IMG/VR virus record: IMGVR_UViG_3300032242_002123
Span: 6,783 to 70,782 of that record
Strand: one strand, 5' to 3'
Source: a virus
DNA: 64,000 nucleotides
In this document: positions 50,346-60,655 of the stretch, piece by piece
Layout of the letters: every line of letters begins with the position of its first letter
Numbering within the stretch: position 1 is the first letter of the stretch
Notes under the pieces: model-generated
Seen by the model: only the letters and a program-made list of their open reading frames with translations
Databases searched by the model: none
Told to the model about the DNA's origin: nothing
Translations under genes and position numbers: made by a program

Positions 50346-51014
50346 TTATATTATCACGTTTTGGTTGTTCGTCAACTCTTTTTCTACAAAAGATTTGATT
50401 TTATTTAAACCTTCTTTTAAAAATTGTTTTGCTTTTGGTGATTTATTGTATCTATCATAATAAGATACTAAAGTTTCGTAAAGATTATTTGCAAAAAGAT
50501 AAAGTTCATCCTTTGGTACATTGTTTAAAATAGGAAATACATCACCTAATTCAAATAAACAATAAGGATTTATCTTGTGTTCTCTATAATGATTGAGCCA
50601 TGAATATATAAATCCGGTTTTATTGGTAATATATTTCTCAACTGGTATCTTCTTTTCAATACAAAACATACCAATGAACCTTAAACTCTCCTTAATATCA
50701 TCCAGTTGTGCCTCTGGATTACGATCTTCTTTTTGTTTTTGATACAAAGCATAATTTTTCAATGCTGATCTTGTTGTAAATGAATTCAAAGATGGATATT
50801 TGTCATTGGGATATAAAAAACTTGGAGCATCAAAGAACTCCTCACACTTTATATGAGGAAACTTTCTCAAAAATCCAGAAATTTTAACCAAAGAAGTAGC
50901 AATATTAGGATTAATATCGGAAAAATCCTTCCTTATTCTAAAAGGTTCACCCTTTCTATAGTTTTTCAAGTAACAATTGTATATTCTCTTGTCTAAATCG
51001 GTAAGATTAATCAT
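50346..51014 (-). CDS. hypothetical replication-module protein
   Basis: 222 aa between helicase and SSB. A gp59-like role is suggested by position only. Confidence 0.55.
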   Translation of the reverse strand: MINLTDLDKRIYNCYLKNYRKGEPFRIRKDFSDINPNIATSLVKISGFLRKFPHIKCEEFFDAPSFLYPNDKYPSLNSFTTRSALKNYALYQKQKEDRNPEAQLDDIKESLRFIGMFCIEKKIPVEKYITNKTGFIYSWLNHYREHKINPYCLFELGDVFPILNNVPKDELYLFANNLYETLVSYYDRYNKSPKAKQFLKEGLNKIKSFVEKELTNNQNVII

Positions 51015-51304
51015 TTTTTATTCATTTTTGATCGAAATATCTTCTTATATACATTAGGAGTGGAACTTAAATATGCTCTTATGATACTTTGAAGGTTATA
51101 TTCGCCCAATAATGCAAAGTATATCTTCTGAGTCTTCTTGTCGTCAACTAAAAACTTCAAAAAGTTTAAATAATTCATTTTTTTACCTTTGCAAATGCAA
51201 ACAAAAGCACCAAATTTCATAGTTATCTCTTCGAATTCTTCAATGTTTAATGCATTTGCTGGATTTGAAAGATCTTCTAGTTGTTGAGAAGAAGTTATAA
51301 TCAT
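51011..51304 (-). CDS. hypothetical protein
   Basis: 97 aa ORF. Confidence 0.55.
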   Translation of the reverse strand: MIITSSQQLEDLSNPANALNIEEFEEITMKFGAFVCICKGKKMNYLNFLKFLVDDKKTQKIYFALLGEYNLQSIIRAYLSSTPNVYKKIFRSKMNKK

Positions 51305-51324
51305 AGTATTAAGTTTTATTTATT

Positions 51325-52719
51325 CTAGTTACTTAATTTATCAATTAAACTTAATGTATCTTCTATATTTGAACCAATTTCATCATCAAGATTCATTGTC
51401 ATGTTAGGAGTAGTACTCTTAACACTAAATTGTCTAACTGAATCATCAGGTTCAGTCAATGAAAGGGTTGGATAATCAATATCAAGATGTGTGTATACCT
51501 CTCTAGGACCAAATCTATTCTTCTCAATACCCATATGAATAATTCCAAGATCAGAATCACCCTCTTGTGTCCATATAGACATCATAGCATCGACTGTATG
51601 AGCTAGTCCCATTGATTCACTAGTCTTACCCATGTCAGGTTGGGGTGTATTAATAGCTGCTCTATTGGCTTGAGTAGCTGAAATCAAAGGACAATTGAAT
51701 TCATATGTCAATGCTCTCAATGATTCTGTAATTTTCTTAATAGATTCATATGAACTAAGACCAGCAACAGGTGGTGAAAGCAAATTAATATAGTCTACTA
51801 TGATCGCATCAGGCTTAATTCCCTTTTGAACCAGTTTATTGATATATGATTTAAGTTGAAGTACTGATAATGACTGAGGTGGGAACTCTTTAACTATTAA
51901 TTTAGACTTACTGTTCTTAACCTTGTACTCATTAAGGTGTTTTTTAAGTGGATCGACCTGAAGTTTCAAATCATCAAATGGAATTCTAGACAGTTGAGCA
52001 GATATTCTCTTTGCATAAACCTGTTCGGGCATTTCAAGGGAAATGAGTACAACTGTTTTGTTCTGATTAAGAATATTAGTAGCAATATTACCAAGAAATA
52101 TCGATTTACCTACATTTGTCTGTCCAAAGAAGACATATAAAGCTCTACCTTCAGCCATAAAACCCCCTCCAAGGTGAGAATCAAGCCATTTCCAACCAGA
52201 TGATATGGTATTAAACACTTCACTGAGATCATTGCAATGTTTATCAATATCTTCAAGGTAATCCATACCAATATTATTGGTTAACGATATACCACAAGCC
52301 GTTTCAAACTTTTTTAAGATTTTGGTAGCATCAATATTACCAGAATTAAGATCTAATGAGGTTTCAAGATGTGTACTAAGCACCGCTTTCTCCCTTAAAA
52401 ACCTTTCTGTGTTTTTGAGTAATAATTCCTTGTTGTATTCCTTGTCAATTGAATGAAAAGATAAAATGGTCTGTTTAAGAGCATCCTTTTGTTCCTGATT
52501 AGCAAGGTGTGCGATTAGTTCGGTTTTATTAGGTGTATGTTTATTCTCAATATAGAAGTTTTTAAGAATTGTAAAGATTGTATTAATGTTTTTATCCTTA
52601 AAATAAATAGGATTAACATAATCCAATATAGTTTCAAGGTAACTTTGATCAAACAAAGCATTATACATGACTATCTTTTCAAAATAGTCCAGATCCAAAG
52701 GTAAATTCTTCTCTAACAT
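51325..52719 (-). CDS. replicative DnaB-like helicase (gp41-like)
   Basis: GQTNVGKS, ISLEMPE, IVKEFP, IIVDYINL, SATQANR, SESMGL, KNRFG. Start MLEKN lies 6 nt after TTGCAA-17-TATAAT. Confidence 0.93.
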   Translation of the reverse strand: MLEKNLPLDLDYFEKIVMYNALFDQSYLETILDYVNPIYFKDKNINTIFTILKNFYIENKHTPNKTELIAHLANQEQKDALKQTILSFHSIDKEYNKELLLKNTERFLREKAVLSTHLETSLDLNSGNIDATKILKKFETACGISLTNNIGMDYLEDIDKHCNDLSEVFNTISSGWKWLDSHLGGGFMAEGRALYVFFGQTNVGKSIFLGNIATNILNQNKTVVLISLEMPEQVYAKRISAQLSRIPFDDLKLQVDPLKKHLNEYKVKNSKSKLIVKEFPPQSLSVLQLKSYINKLVQKGIKPDAIIVDYINLLSPPVAGLSSYESIKKITESLRALTYEFNCPLISATQANRAAINTPQPDMGKTSESMGLAHTVDAMMSIWTQEGDSDLGIIHMGIEKNRFGPREVYTHLDIDYPTLSLTEPDDSVRQFSVKSTTPNMTMNLDDEIGSNIEDTLSLIDKLSN

Positions 52720-52765
52720 AAGAGCATTATAGACTGCAACCATTTAGATTGCAATCTATAAATAA

Positions 52766-53869
52766 TCATTGCACTTCGTTTTTGAAAGTAAGTTCGGTTT
52801 TCAACTTTTCTTCAAGTACAGGTAGAATTTTTGCCCATACTGCTTCATCAGTCTTCCAATCCTTAAAGAATCCAAGAACTTCACCATTGAAAGCATGTCT
52901 ATGACCTTGTTTTTCAAGGATTCCGTATCCTTCGCACATTTCAAGTAAACCTGAATACTTGTTTAAACCTGTTCTAAAGTTCAAATACATCTCAGTCTCA
53001 AGAAATGGTGGTACAAAACGATTTTTAGTCGTGAATGCTCTCAAAGTAAGACCATTAATATCTTTTGATAATGGTGTAACAGTATCATTAGAGTCTTTAT
53101 TCTTACTATCACTTGATCTTTCAGCCTTCTTTGCCATCTGAACTATTACAGATGCCATATAAAGCGGTCCAGAGCCACCTGCTTGCTTCTTTAGAGCAGA
53201 AGGATGAAGTTGTGAAGGATCATCGTAGATATGATTAGTAAAAATCACAGGACAATTAGCTTTCGATGCCGCTTGAGTGATTGCTCTTAACATACTCTTC
53301 AATGCTTTTGCACGATTTCCCATATCAGGGGTATCGGAACCCTCATCAATTTTCTTTTGTTCCTGTGTTGTAATTAAATTACCAAGGGAATCAATTACAA
53401 TAAGAACCTTTCCTTGTAATCCTTTCTCAATAACAGTCTGTAAAAACTTTACAACTTGATTTCTACATTGTTCAGTAAGTTGAGATGGTACATGTTTAAT
53501 CTTTGAAGTATCGCAACCAAGTCTTTTTGCAGTATCCTCGTCCAATGCACCCTCAGTATCAAAATATGCAATATGCATACCCTTTAATACTTGAGCATTA
53601 GCCATAACTTTGTTGCACATTAAAGTTTTACCACAAGATTCGGGTCCAATAAAGCCTGTAAGTCTTCCCATTGGTATTCCACCGTAAAGGGAACCGGAAA
53701 TAATTGCATTAAGTGCATATGATCCAGTATCAATCCAATCTTTAACATTGGATAAACTGTTCTCATCAAGAAATGCTGCTTCTGGATTAAGGTCATCTAG
53801 CACATTAAATGCGTCCATAATGTCACCTGTTTTAACTTCTACGTCTTCTTCGTTTTTCTTTTTAGCCAT
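52766..53869 (-). CDS. uvsX: RecA-like recombinase
   Basis: DTGSYALN..ISGS, GPESCGKT, FDTE, IDSLGNL, DMGNRAK, TNH, GGSG..Y.AS, KNRF. Confidence 0.92.
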   Translation of the reverse strand: MAKKKNEEDVEVKTGDIMDAFNVLDDLNPEAAFLDENSLSNVKDWIDTGSYALNAIISGSLYGGIPMGRLTGFIGPESCGKTLMCNKVMANAQVLKGMHIAYFDTEGALDEDTAKRLGCDTSKIKHVPSQLTEQCRNQVVKFLQTVIEKGLQGKVLIVIDSLGNLITTQEQKKIDEGSDTPDMGNRAKALKSMLRAITQAASKANCPVIFTNHIYDDPSQLHPSALKKQAGGSGPLYMASVIVQMAKKAERSSDSKNKDSNDTVTPLSKDINGLTLRAFTTKNRFVPPFLETEMYLNFRTGLNKYSGLLEMCEGYGILEKQGHRHAFNGEVLGFFKDWKTDEAVWAKILPVLEEKLKTELTFKNEVQ

Positions 53870-53886
53870 ATAAAATATAATAACAG

Positions 53887-53923
53887 AAAATCCCAGACTG
53901 TCAAAGACAATCTGGGATTTTTT
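53887..53923. terminator. bidirectional terminator-like hairpin overlapping the uvsX promoter
   Basis: aaaatcccagactgtc-aaa-gacaatctgggattttttt. On the minus strand TTGACA spans the loop. Confidence 0.75.
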
Positions 53924-53953
53924 TGCTTCTAACGAGTATTGTGAAGGAGGTGA

Positions 53954-54340
53954 TTACTCGTCAAAAAGGTTTACAACCTTTGGTGCTTCCTCCGAAGGGG
54001 CAGCTGCATCAGGAGTTACAAATGCATTCTGTGCATTGAACATCTGTGAATACTGACCTTGTAATCTGAAATCAAGGGCATCAATATCAGTGGTTACGAT
54101 CTTGTCTGCCTCATAAGTGAGGACAACATCGCCCGTTTTGTCAGCTAAAAACTCTCTGAAAAAGAGAGGAAGAAGCTGAACTGACATCTTTCCATTATTG
54201 TCAGCAGGGACAATATGAAGAATAACCGGATTCTTAATTGAAACTTTTCCGTCTGCTGATGGAACTGTTTCACCTAGAACGGTTCTGCCGATTGTGTCAA
54301 GGATTACGATTAATTTGTTTGTTGTTGTTTCAGTTGTCAT
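53954..54340 (-). CDS. hypothetical protein
   Basis: 128 aa beta-rich ORF followed by a terminator. Confidence 0.7.
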   Translation of the reverse strand: MTTETTTNKLIVILDTIGRTVLGETVPSADGKVSIKNPVILHIVPADNNGKMSVQLLPLFFREFLADKTGDVVLTYEADKIVTTDIDALDFRLQGQYSQMFNAQNAFVTPDAAAPSEEAPKVVNLFDE

Positions 54341-54398
54341 AATTGATATATAAATTTAACATACTTTGTAAGTTAATCAATAGGTAAATATTAAAATA

Positions 54399-54746
54399 AT
54401 GAAAAAAAATAAATTCACAGATGAATATGGATATACATATGATTATGATGGTCCAGAATCTGATGATCCGAGAGGCGGTAATGATGTTTCTTTTGATATA
54501 AACATATATGATAAAGATAAAAAATTGGTACATACCGGACATCTTTCTTATCCTAGTATTCCTTTTAAAGATCAACTTGAAAAAGATGCACTTGGGGAAG
54601 CTGAGAATATTATAGATGATATAAGACCAAGAACACCAGAGGAATGGGCTGCTATTTTTAAAAAAATGAAAGAAGATCTTAATAAAGTTCAAGAAGAAAG
54701 TAAAAATTTATCATTTTTTAATTTTTTTCTTTTAAGAAACGGTTAA
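54399..54746 (+). CDS. acidic hypothetical late protein
   Basis: TAAATA 9 nt upstream, plus-strand island in the replication module. Confidence 0.5.
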   Translation: MKKNKFTDEYGYTYDYDGPESDDPRGGNDVSFDINIYDKDKKLVHTGHLSYPSIPFKDQLEKDALGEAENIIDDIRPRTPEEWAAIFKKMKEDLNKVQEESKNLSFFNFFLLRNG

Positions 54747-54890
54747 AAATTGGTTATATTTTTTTTGTAAATATTGATACGATATTTACATTTATGAAAT
54801 TTTTAAGTATATTTTTAATTATATTTGGAATTTCATATCATCGAAATGAATGTCGTATACATGAAGGTTCATGTAGATGTTATAAAAAAT

Positions 54891-57461
54891 TTAAGAAAGT
54901 AATTCTATAAGATCTGTTGCTTCTTCGCAACCAACTGCTGGTGTGGGCCAGCCAATTACGCTAAATATCCTTGATATGACAGGTACTACGTTTTTATTAA
55001 ACATAAACATATAATCGGGTTTAATAACCGCCAATAATTCCTTCGGATAGTAATCTATAAATCCTATTGTCTCGTAATTATAAGCATTTTTCTTGCAATA
55101 GAAAAATTTAATTTTAGTTCCACTGGAAATAACAGGATATTTTCCATCAACTCCTAATTTAACTAAAGCATCATTGAAATTCATTGAGCTTTTAGCCTGA
55201 ATTGGTGTACCTTTACCAAAGTCATCAGCTTCTGTAACCATATTAGTCCATTTTTCAAAATTATTAATCTTCTTTCTGGTGGAAATTTCTTCTGGAGACA
55301 TTTTTGAAAAACTTTCAAATCCTTCTTGGAAGATATGAATAGCTTGTTTTCTGTTTTTTGATAATAATGCAGATTCTACAACATTTTTAAGTAATTCTTT
55401 TACTTCCTTTGAAAAGGTTGCCTGTGCAATAGCAATTCCTTTGTATTCAAACTCATTTGTTTTAACACCTTCCTTATCCAAAATATGAAGAATATAAAAT
55501 TTCTTTGCTTGCAGTAAAGCTACGTCACAAATTTTTTCTCTTTTAAATACATATCTAGGATCAATAGATCTGAATTCATCTTTTGCCCATTCGTTAATGC
55601 CATCATTGAGTATTTTACCATATTCATCAATTACTTGGTGAGCTTCTGGTGTAACTTCGTTATCTTTATGTAATTTTATACCTTTCGCTTTCAGTATTTC
55701 TTTAAAAGAAAAGAATTCACTATCCGTATCCTGATAAATAAGAATATCTTCAAGTTTGCCAGAGAATCCAGATAGTTGAGCATGTTCATATATAATCTCT
55801 GGACCTTTTTTAACAACCGCCTGACCACTTAATGTAACACTTTCCGCATGATCAATATCAAACAAAGGTGAATAAATGTTTGAAAATACACCATAAATGG
55901 AATTAAGAAAAACTTTATACACATTTGATAAAATATCATTATCATTTGCCTCTTCTTCTAATTTTTCTTTAGCTTCTTTTGATTTTGCAGACTTTATCTT
56001 CTTTTTTGCATCAAGCATTCTATTCTTCGCTTTGACTCTTTCTGTATAAAGTTTATCAATGAGAGTTGGAACAACTCCTTTAAACTTCTGTGTATATAAA
56101 ACATCAGCTTTTGTTATGCAAAGTTTTTCAAGTTCTAGTATCTTTTCAAATTTATCTTTTGTAAGATCAATAATCTTATTGTTAGTCAATTTTAAAGTAA
56201 CACCATCGTTATTTTTTGAAACTATTTTGCCAATTTTAGTTTCCGGTGAAATGTTAAGAGTGATAATTGTGTTTGGATACAAACTATTTGCATCATATGT
56301 TACAACATCTTCATATAAACCCTTTACTGGTTCATAAACAAAACCACCAGCAAAATCTTGTTTAATATTTTCAATATTAAAAGTAGGAATAATCAAATCT
56401 TGTCTCAAGGCTTGATGTGCAACTGCACCTGTGATCATTGCAACCTTACCCATAGACTTTTGAAATGGTATGAACCCACGATATGAGAGATTGCGTACAA
56501 GTTTTAAGTATTTCAGCTTATTTTCAAGTTTAACAAGGAGTCTTACGTCTTGAATATTGTAATCTACAAACTTAAACCAATCAGTATCAGCCAAAGATGA
56601 CAATGAAGTACTTCCAATTGCTATCTTCGAATCTCCTAATTCGTATTCTGAAATATAATTCAATGACATTGATTCTCTTTTACCACCGCAAAGGGCTTCA
56701 TAAAGATCCATATAATCCAAAATGCTAACACCACATATATGCCACCTATCCATAACTCTTCCGAGTTTATTCATTGCAGCTTCTTTCTGTAACCAAAGTC
56801 TTTTTACTGGTGATAAACCATCTCTATAATCATCTTCAAATATTTTTGATAATCTATTCATGATATATGGAATATCATAACCATGAATATTCCAACCTGT
56901 AACAACATCAGGTGGATCTTTTCTCCAGAATCTCACAAAACTACTCAATAAATCTCTTTCATCCCTGCATTTGAAATATGTTACATCTTCTTCCATTGTG
57001 GAATAATTCTTACAGCCCCATGTGTAATATTTTTCTTCAATAGAATCATAAATTGTTATAAGATTTATAGGATCAGTAGCCGCTTCTGGTGTTGAAAAGT
57101 GATCAGTAGCATAAGTTTCAATATCAATATAAAATATCTTCAATGGTTGACTGCCAAAATCAGGCTTATCAATCTCATCTTTATATGTTTGAAGTAAAAA
57201 CTGTTGCTGAACATCCAGATTATAAAATAATCTTTTAATTGGCGTTGAATCAACATACGCCTGTCTTGCCTTTTGATTCTTAAAAGACTGTTTTTTTAAT
57301 GGAGTATTGAAAATAGATTTAGCATCTGTACCATGTTCTGATTCAATATAAAGAAAAGGCTCGAAACTAGTTACAGCTTGAATTCTTTCTCCTGCATCAT
57401 TCCATGTCCACAGGTGCATTGACCCATTTTTACCGTCATAATAGACATTCCTATACGCCAT
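54891..57461 (-). CDS. family B DNA polymerase (gp43-like)
   Basis: YIDIET, GWNIHGYDIPY, YNIQDV, DANSLYP, KVFLNSIYG, YQDTDS, KKFY, KG. Confidence 0.96.
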   Translation of the reverse strand: MAYRNVYYDGKNGSMHLWTWNDAGERIQAVTSFEPFLYIESEHGTDAKSIFNTPLKKQSFKNQKARQAYVDSTPIKRLFYNLDVQQQFLLQTYKDEIDKPDFGSQPLKIFYIDIETYATDHFSTPEAATDPINLITIYDSIEEKYYTWGCKNYSTMEEDVTYFKCRDERDLLSSFVRFWRKDPPDVVTGWNIHGYDIPYIMNRLSKIFEDDYRDGLSPVKRLWLQKEAAMNKLGRVMDRWHICGVSILDYMDLYEALCGGKRESMSLNYISEYELGDSKIAIGSTSLSSLADTDWFKFVDYNIQDVRLLVKLENKLKYLKLVRNLSYRGFIPFQKSMGKVAMITGAVAHQALRQDLIIPTFNIENIKQDFAGGFVYEPVKGLYEDVVTYDANSLYPNTIITLNISPETKIGKIVSKNNDGVTLKLTNNKIIDLTKDKFEKILELEKLCITKADVLYTQKFKGVVPTLIDKLYTERVKAKNRMLDAKKKIKSAKSKEAKEKLEEEANDNDILSNVYKVFLNSIYGVFSNIYSPLFDIDHAESVTLSGQAVVKKGPEIIYEHAQLSGFSGKLEDILIYQDTDSEFFSFKEILKAKGIKLHKDNEVTPEAHQVIDEYGKILNDGINEWAKDEFRSIDPRYVFKREKICDVALLQAKKFYILHILDKEGVKTNEFEYKGIAIAQATFSKEVKELLKNVVESALLSKNRKQAIHIFQEGFESFSKMSPEEISTRKKINNFEKWTNMVTEADDFGKGTPIQAKSSMNFNDALVKLGVDGKYPVISSGTKIKFFYCKKNAYNYETIGFIDYYPKELLAVIKPDYMFMFNKNVVPVISRIFSVIGWPTPAVGCEEATDLIELLS

Positions 57462-57492
57462 ACTTTAATTATGCATCAGTAAGATGCACAAA

Positions 57493-58791
57493 TCAAGCAA
57501 TATCTTGATCAGGATTGTTTGCAATAAGCAACGGAGCCTTTTCTTTTCTTTCTTTTGAACCAAATTGAGTAAAATACATAGCATTATATTCGTCCAAATG
57601 ATCCTCAAGCCATAATCCTTCAGTGAATTTCCTAGCTTTTCCTGATAGATCCATATAACGATCATAATCGGAAGTTATATATTCAAGTTGTTGGATCAAA
57701 TCATCACCAGTTTTAAACTTTAAATCTGCTTCTTCGTATGTACAGAGATCTTGATATGCACCGGGCATACCTAAACCGCCAGCTTCAACCATTTTAATAT
57801 TACTTTTTGATTTATTAAAGATGTTATCTTGTAATGATGCAAAAGCTACATTGCAATTTGTATCATATAATCCTTGTGGGTAATCCATAAGGCTTGACCA
57901 ATCTACAAATTCCATTTCACCGTTGTCAATGTATGGTTTTAATACCATAGGGAAACAACCTTTCCATACAAATTTAAACTTCTTACGAGCTTTAATGATT
58001 GCATCAGTAATATGTTTAAAATCATCATTAAGACCAGTTCTATTGAGAACGTCAACGTGTGTACCAGAACCAGAATAAAGAATTCTAGGACGTTTCTTGT
58101 TCTTTTCATAAAGATCTTCAATTCTTTTTTTATTATAAAATCTATCCAACCAAAATTTAGGAGGATAATTTGGAACATAAGTGATATTCTTGTTACCTGT
58201 CTTCCCTATATAGTATTCTTTCATGAATTTACTACAAACAGTAATTTCATCCATGTTTTGCATGATATCCAAAATACTATCAATGATATTTTGATCAACA
58301 AAAGCATCCTTACATCTATTATAATCAGGAATATCATCTTTAAAAACAATATCATCAACCTCATAAATCATTCTATATCCAATTTGAGGTTGAGCTTTCT
58401 TTAATTCTTTAATAAATTCTCTTTGAATCGGTGTAGCTTGACGTTGCATTCTAATTGCACTGATTCCTTGATAAAATCTTAGATCTAAAATCATTTGTGT
58501 TAACCCTGACATACATGCTTTAGTGTATGCATTAAGAGAAAATTCAGGCCAAATCATTCTCCAGAATCCACAGCCTCCATAATCAGCATAATAATTAATA
58601 GCTCTAGGTAAACCAGCCTCTGGCATATCTAGTGGTGGAGTTTCTGGTATTTTTACTGGTTTAAGGGCGGCATAACTATAAGTTGGCATACCCATAGGCA
58701 TACCTGCTGGTGCATTCGGTAACCCCACTCTGATAGGATCATACTCGTACACTACCTTATTATTGCTAGTTTCTTTTATTTTTAATGCCAT
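57493..58791 (-). CDS. GT-B-type glycosyltransferase-like protein
   Basis: ADYGGCGFWRMIWP, RMQRQ, YEVDDIVF, DEITV, VPN, RILYSGSGTH, L.DN.FNKSKSNIKMVEAG..G.P. Confidence 0.7.
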   Translation of the reverse strand: MALKIKETSNNKVVYEYDPIRVGLPNAPAGMPMGMPTYSYAALKPVKIPETPPLDMPEAGLPRAINYYADYGGCGFWRMIWPEFSLNAYTKACMSGLTQMILDLRFYQGISAIRMQRQATPIQREFIKELKKAQPQIGYRMIYEVDDIVFKDDIPDYNRCKDAFVDQNIIDSILDIMQNMDEITVCSKFMKEYYIGKTGNKNITYVPNYPPKFWLDRFYNKKRIEDLYEKNKKRPRILYSGSGTHVDVLNRTGLNDDFKHITDAIIKARKKFKFVWKGCFPMVLKPYIDNGEMEFVDWSSLMDYPQGLYDTNCNVAFASLQDNIFNKSKSNIKMVEAGGLGMPGAYQDLCTYEEADLKFKTGDDLIQQLEYITSDYDRYMDLSGKARKFTEGLWLEDHLDEYNAMYFTQFGSKERKEKAPLLIANNPDQDIA

Positions 58792-58820
58792 ATTGAAATT
58801 TATAATTTATTAATGATTTA

Positions 58821-60629
58821 TCAACTGATTATTTTTGTAACACCATTGGATTTCTCTAAAAGAATTACATTATCACAATTTGCAATCTCTGATGATTTAT
58901 GAGATACGATGTATATTGATTCATCGTACTTGTTAACTTTTTCCTTTAATATTTCAAGAATTTTATCAGTTCCCTTTGCATCCAATGCACAATCAAAGAG
59001 TTCATCATAGATATTAAGAGAGAATGAAATTCCCGAATGACATCTCATAACATCTTGGAATGTAAAAAGGATTGCAGTATCAATTCTTTTGCGTTCTCCA
59101 CCGCTAAAATTAAAATATGAACATTCTTTACCCTGTTCGTTATAAATTGTTTCCTCAAAAGTCTCATCAAAAACACATTTACATGGTGCATCAAGTGCTT
59201 GAAGATAATAATTCAATCTAGTATTAAGAATATTAATGATTTTTTTGACAATAAATGTTTTAACGCCTTCTTCTGACACAATGAATTTAACAGTATCAAG
59301 AATAGCCAATTGTTTTTTTATATTTGCTAATCTTGACTCAGTATCTTTTATCCTTTTTTCACATTCATTTATTTTAACATCATCTTTAAAAGATTCTGTT
59401 TCAATTTCACGAATATTCTCCCTGTACTCTTCAATCTTTTCTAGAAGAGTTTTTTTCTTTTGTTCATGTAATGATGCTTCTCCAATAAGATCATTGTATT
59501 TTTTAATTTCTTTTTGGTTATGGTCAGTTTTTTCTTTAATTTGTTCTTTAATTTTAAGACTTGATTCTAAAGTTTTAATCAAATCATCATAAATTGGCTG
59601 ATTTTCATTAATAATATTATCTAATTTTAAAATTTCAGATTTAACGTGTTCTAAATCCTCAACACAATAATCTCGGTTACAAGTTGGGCAAGTACCACCT
59701 TTATCTATAATCTTTTGTTTATCATTTTTTGCCTGAGAAATAATATTTTGAATTTTTACTTTCTTTTCTCTATCATCTATTATTTTATTACTAGTATAAT
59801 CAGCCATTTCTTTTAACGTTTCTAATTTAGCTTCATGTGTTTTTATGAATGCTTTTAGATCTGATATATTTTTAACGTCTTTTTTGTTTAAAAAATCCAA
59901 AGCATCAGATGTTGAGATCAACTTAGTTGATATAAGTTTAATTCTATCGTTTTTGCTTTCATCGAAATTAATTTTACTGTTATTTAACGTCTCCAAAAGA
60001 CGTTGTTCATTAATAAAATTATTTGCATGAAGATCATTTGATTTTTTTTCATCATTATATTCTGACCTTGTTTTAAGTAACATTTCACCAAAAATATTAA
60101 GTTGCAGAATACCTTCAATAAATTTTCTCTTTTCGGTTTTCTTTTGAGCCATGAAAGGAATTGTGTTGTTTGTAGACATAACAACAGCATTGTTGAAAAC
60201 TTCTTCATTAGCTCCAATCAATTCTTTGATAAAATCATCGTTTTCAGGTATAGTTGAAAGTGTTAAATCATTAAATCTTTGTCCACTTTCTAATAAAATT
60301 TCTATTTTAGCTGGATTAAGAGTTCTGGTTATTATATATGGTGATACATTTTTACCATCAGATATAGTAAAATTTAAAATTACCTGACATTCTTCTTTAT
60401 TTCTATTGTGTTGAATTTTATCTTTCTTTAATTCTCTAATTGTATTACCAAACAAACACCAAAAGATAGCATCAGCTATGGTACTCTTACCGATACCATT
60501 TTTACCACCTTTATCTTTGTTTTCACCTGTAATTACGGTAATTCCTTTTTTGAAATCTATAGATAAAGGATCATTTCCTATTGAAAGGAAATTTTTAATA
60601 CTAACGCTTTGGAAAATAATATTTTTCAC
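58821..60629 (-). CDS. recombination ATPase (gp46/SbcC/Rad50-like)
   Basis: KNFLSIG, NGIGKST, CPTC zinc hook, FSGGERKRID, YDELFD, VSH. Confidence 0.93.
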   Translation of the reverse strand: MKNIIFQSVSIKNFLSIGNDPLSIDFKKGITVITGENKDKGGKNGIGKSTIADAIFWCLFGNTIRELKKDKIQHNRNKEECQVILNFTISDGKNVSPYIITRTLNPAKIEILLESGQRFNDLTLSTIPENDDFIKELIGANEEVFNNAVVMSTNNTIPFMAQKKTEKRKFIEGILQLNIFGEMLLKTRSEYNDEKKSNDLHANNFINEQRLLETLNNSKINFDESKNDRIKLISTKLISTSDALDFLNKKDVKNISDLKAFIKTHEAKLETLKEMADYTSNKIIDDREKKVKIQNIISQAKNDKQKIIDKGGTCPTCNRDYCVEDLEHVKSEILKLDNIINENQPIYDDLIKTLESSLKIKEQIKEKTDHNQKEIKKYNDLIGEASLHEQKKKTLLEKIEEYRENIREIETESFKDDVKINECEKRIKDTESRLANIKKQLAILDTVKFIVSEEGVKTFIVKKIINILNTRLNYYLQALDAPCKCVFDETFEETIYNEQGKECSYFNFSGGERKRIDTAILFTFQDVMRCHSGISFSLNIYDELFDCALDAKGTDKILEILKEKVNKYDESIYIVSHKSSEIANCDNVILLEKSNGVTKIIS

Positions 60630-60655
60630 GCATTAATAATACATGAACATTAGAA

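Noticed and set aside
15628-57461. Introns or inteins in nrdA, terL, helicase, uvsX or polymerase
   Set aside because: All have normal lengths with contiguous motifs and no intein signature.
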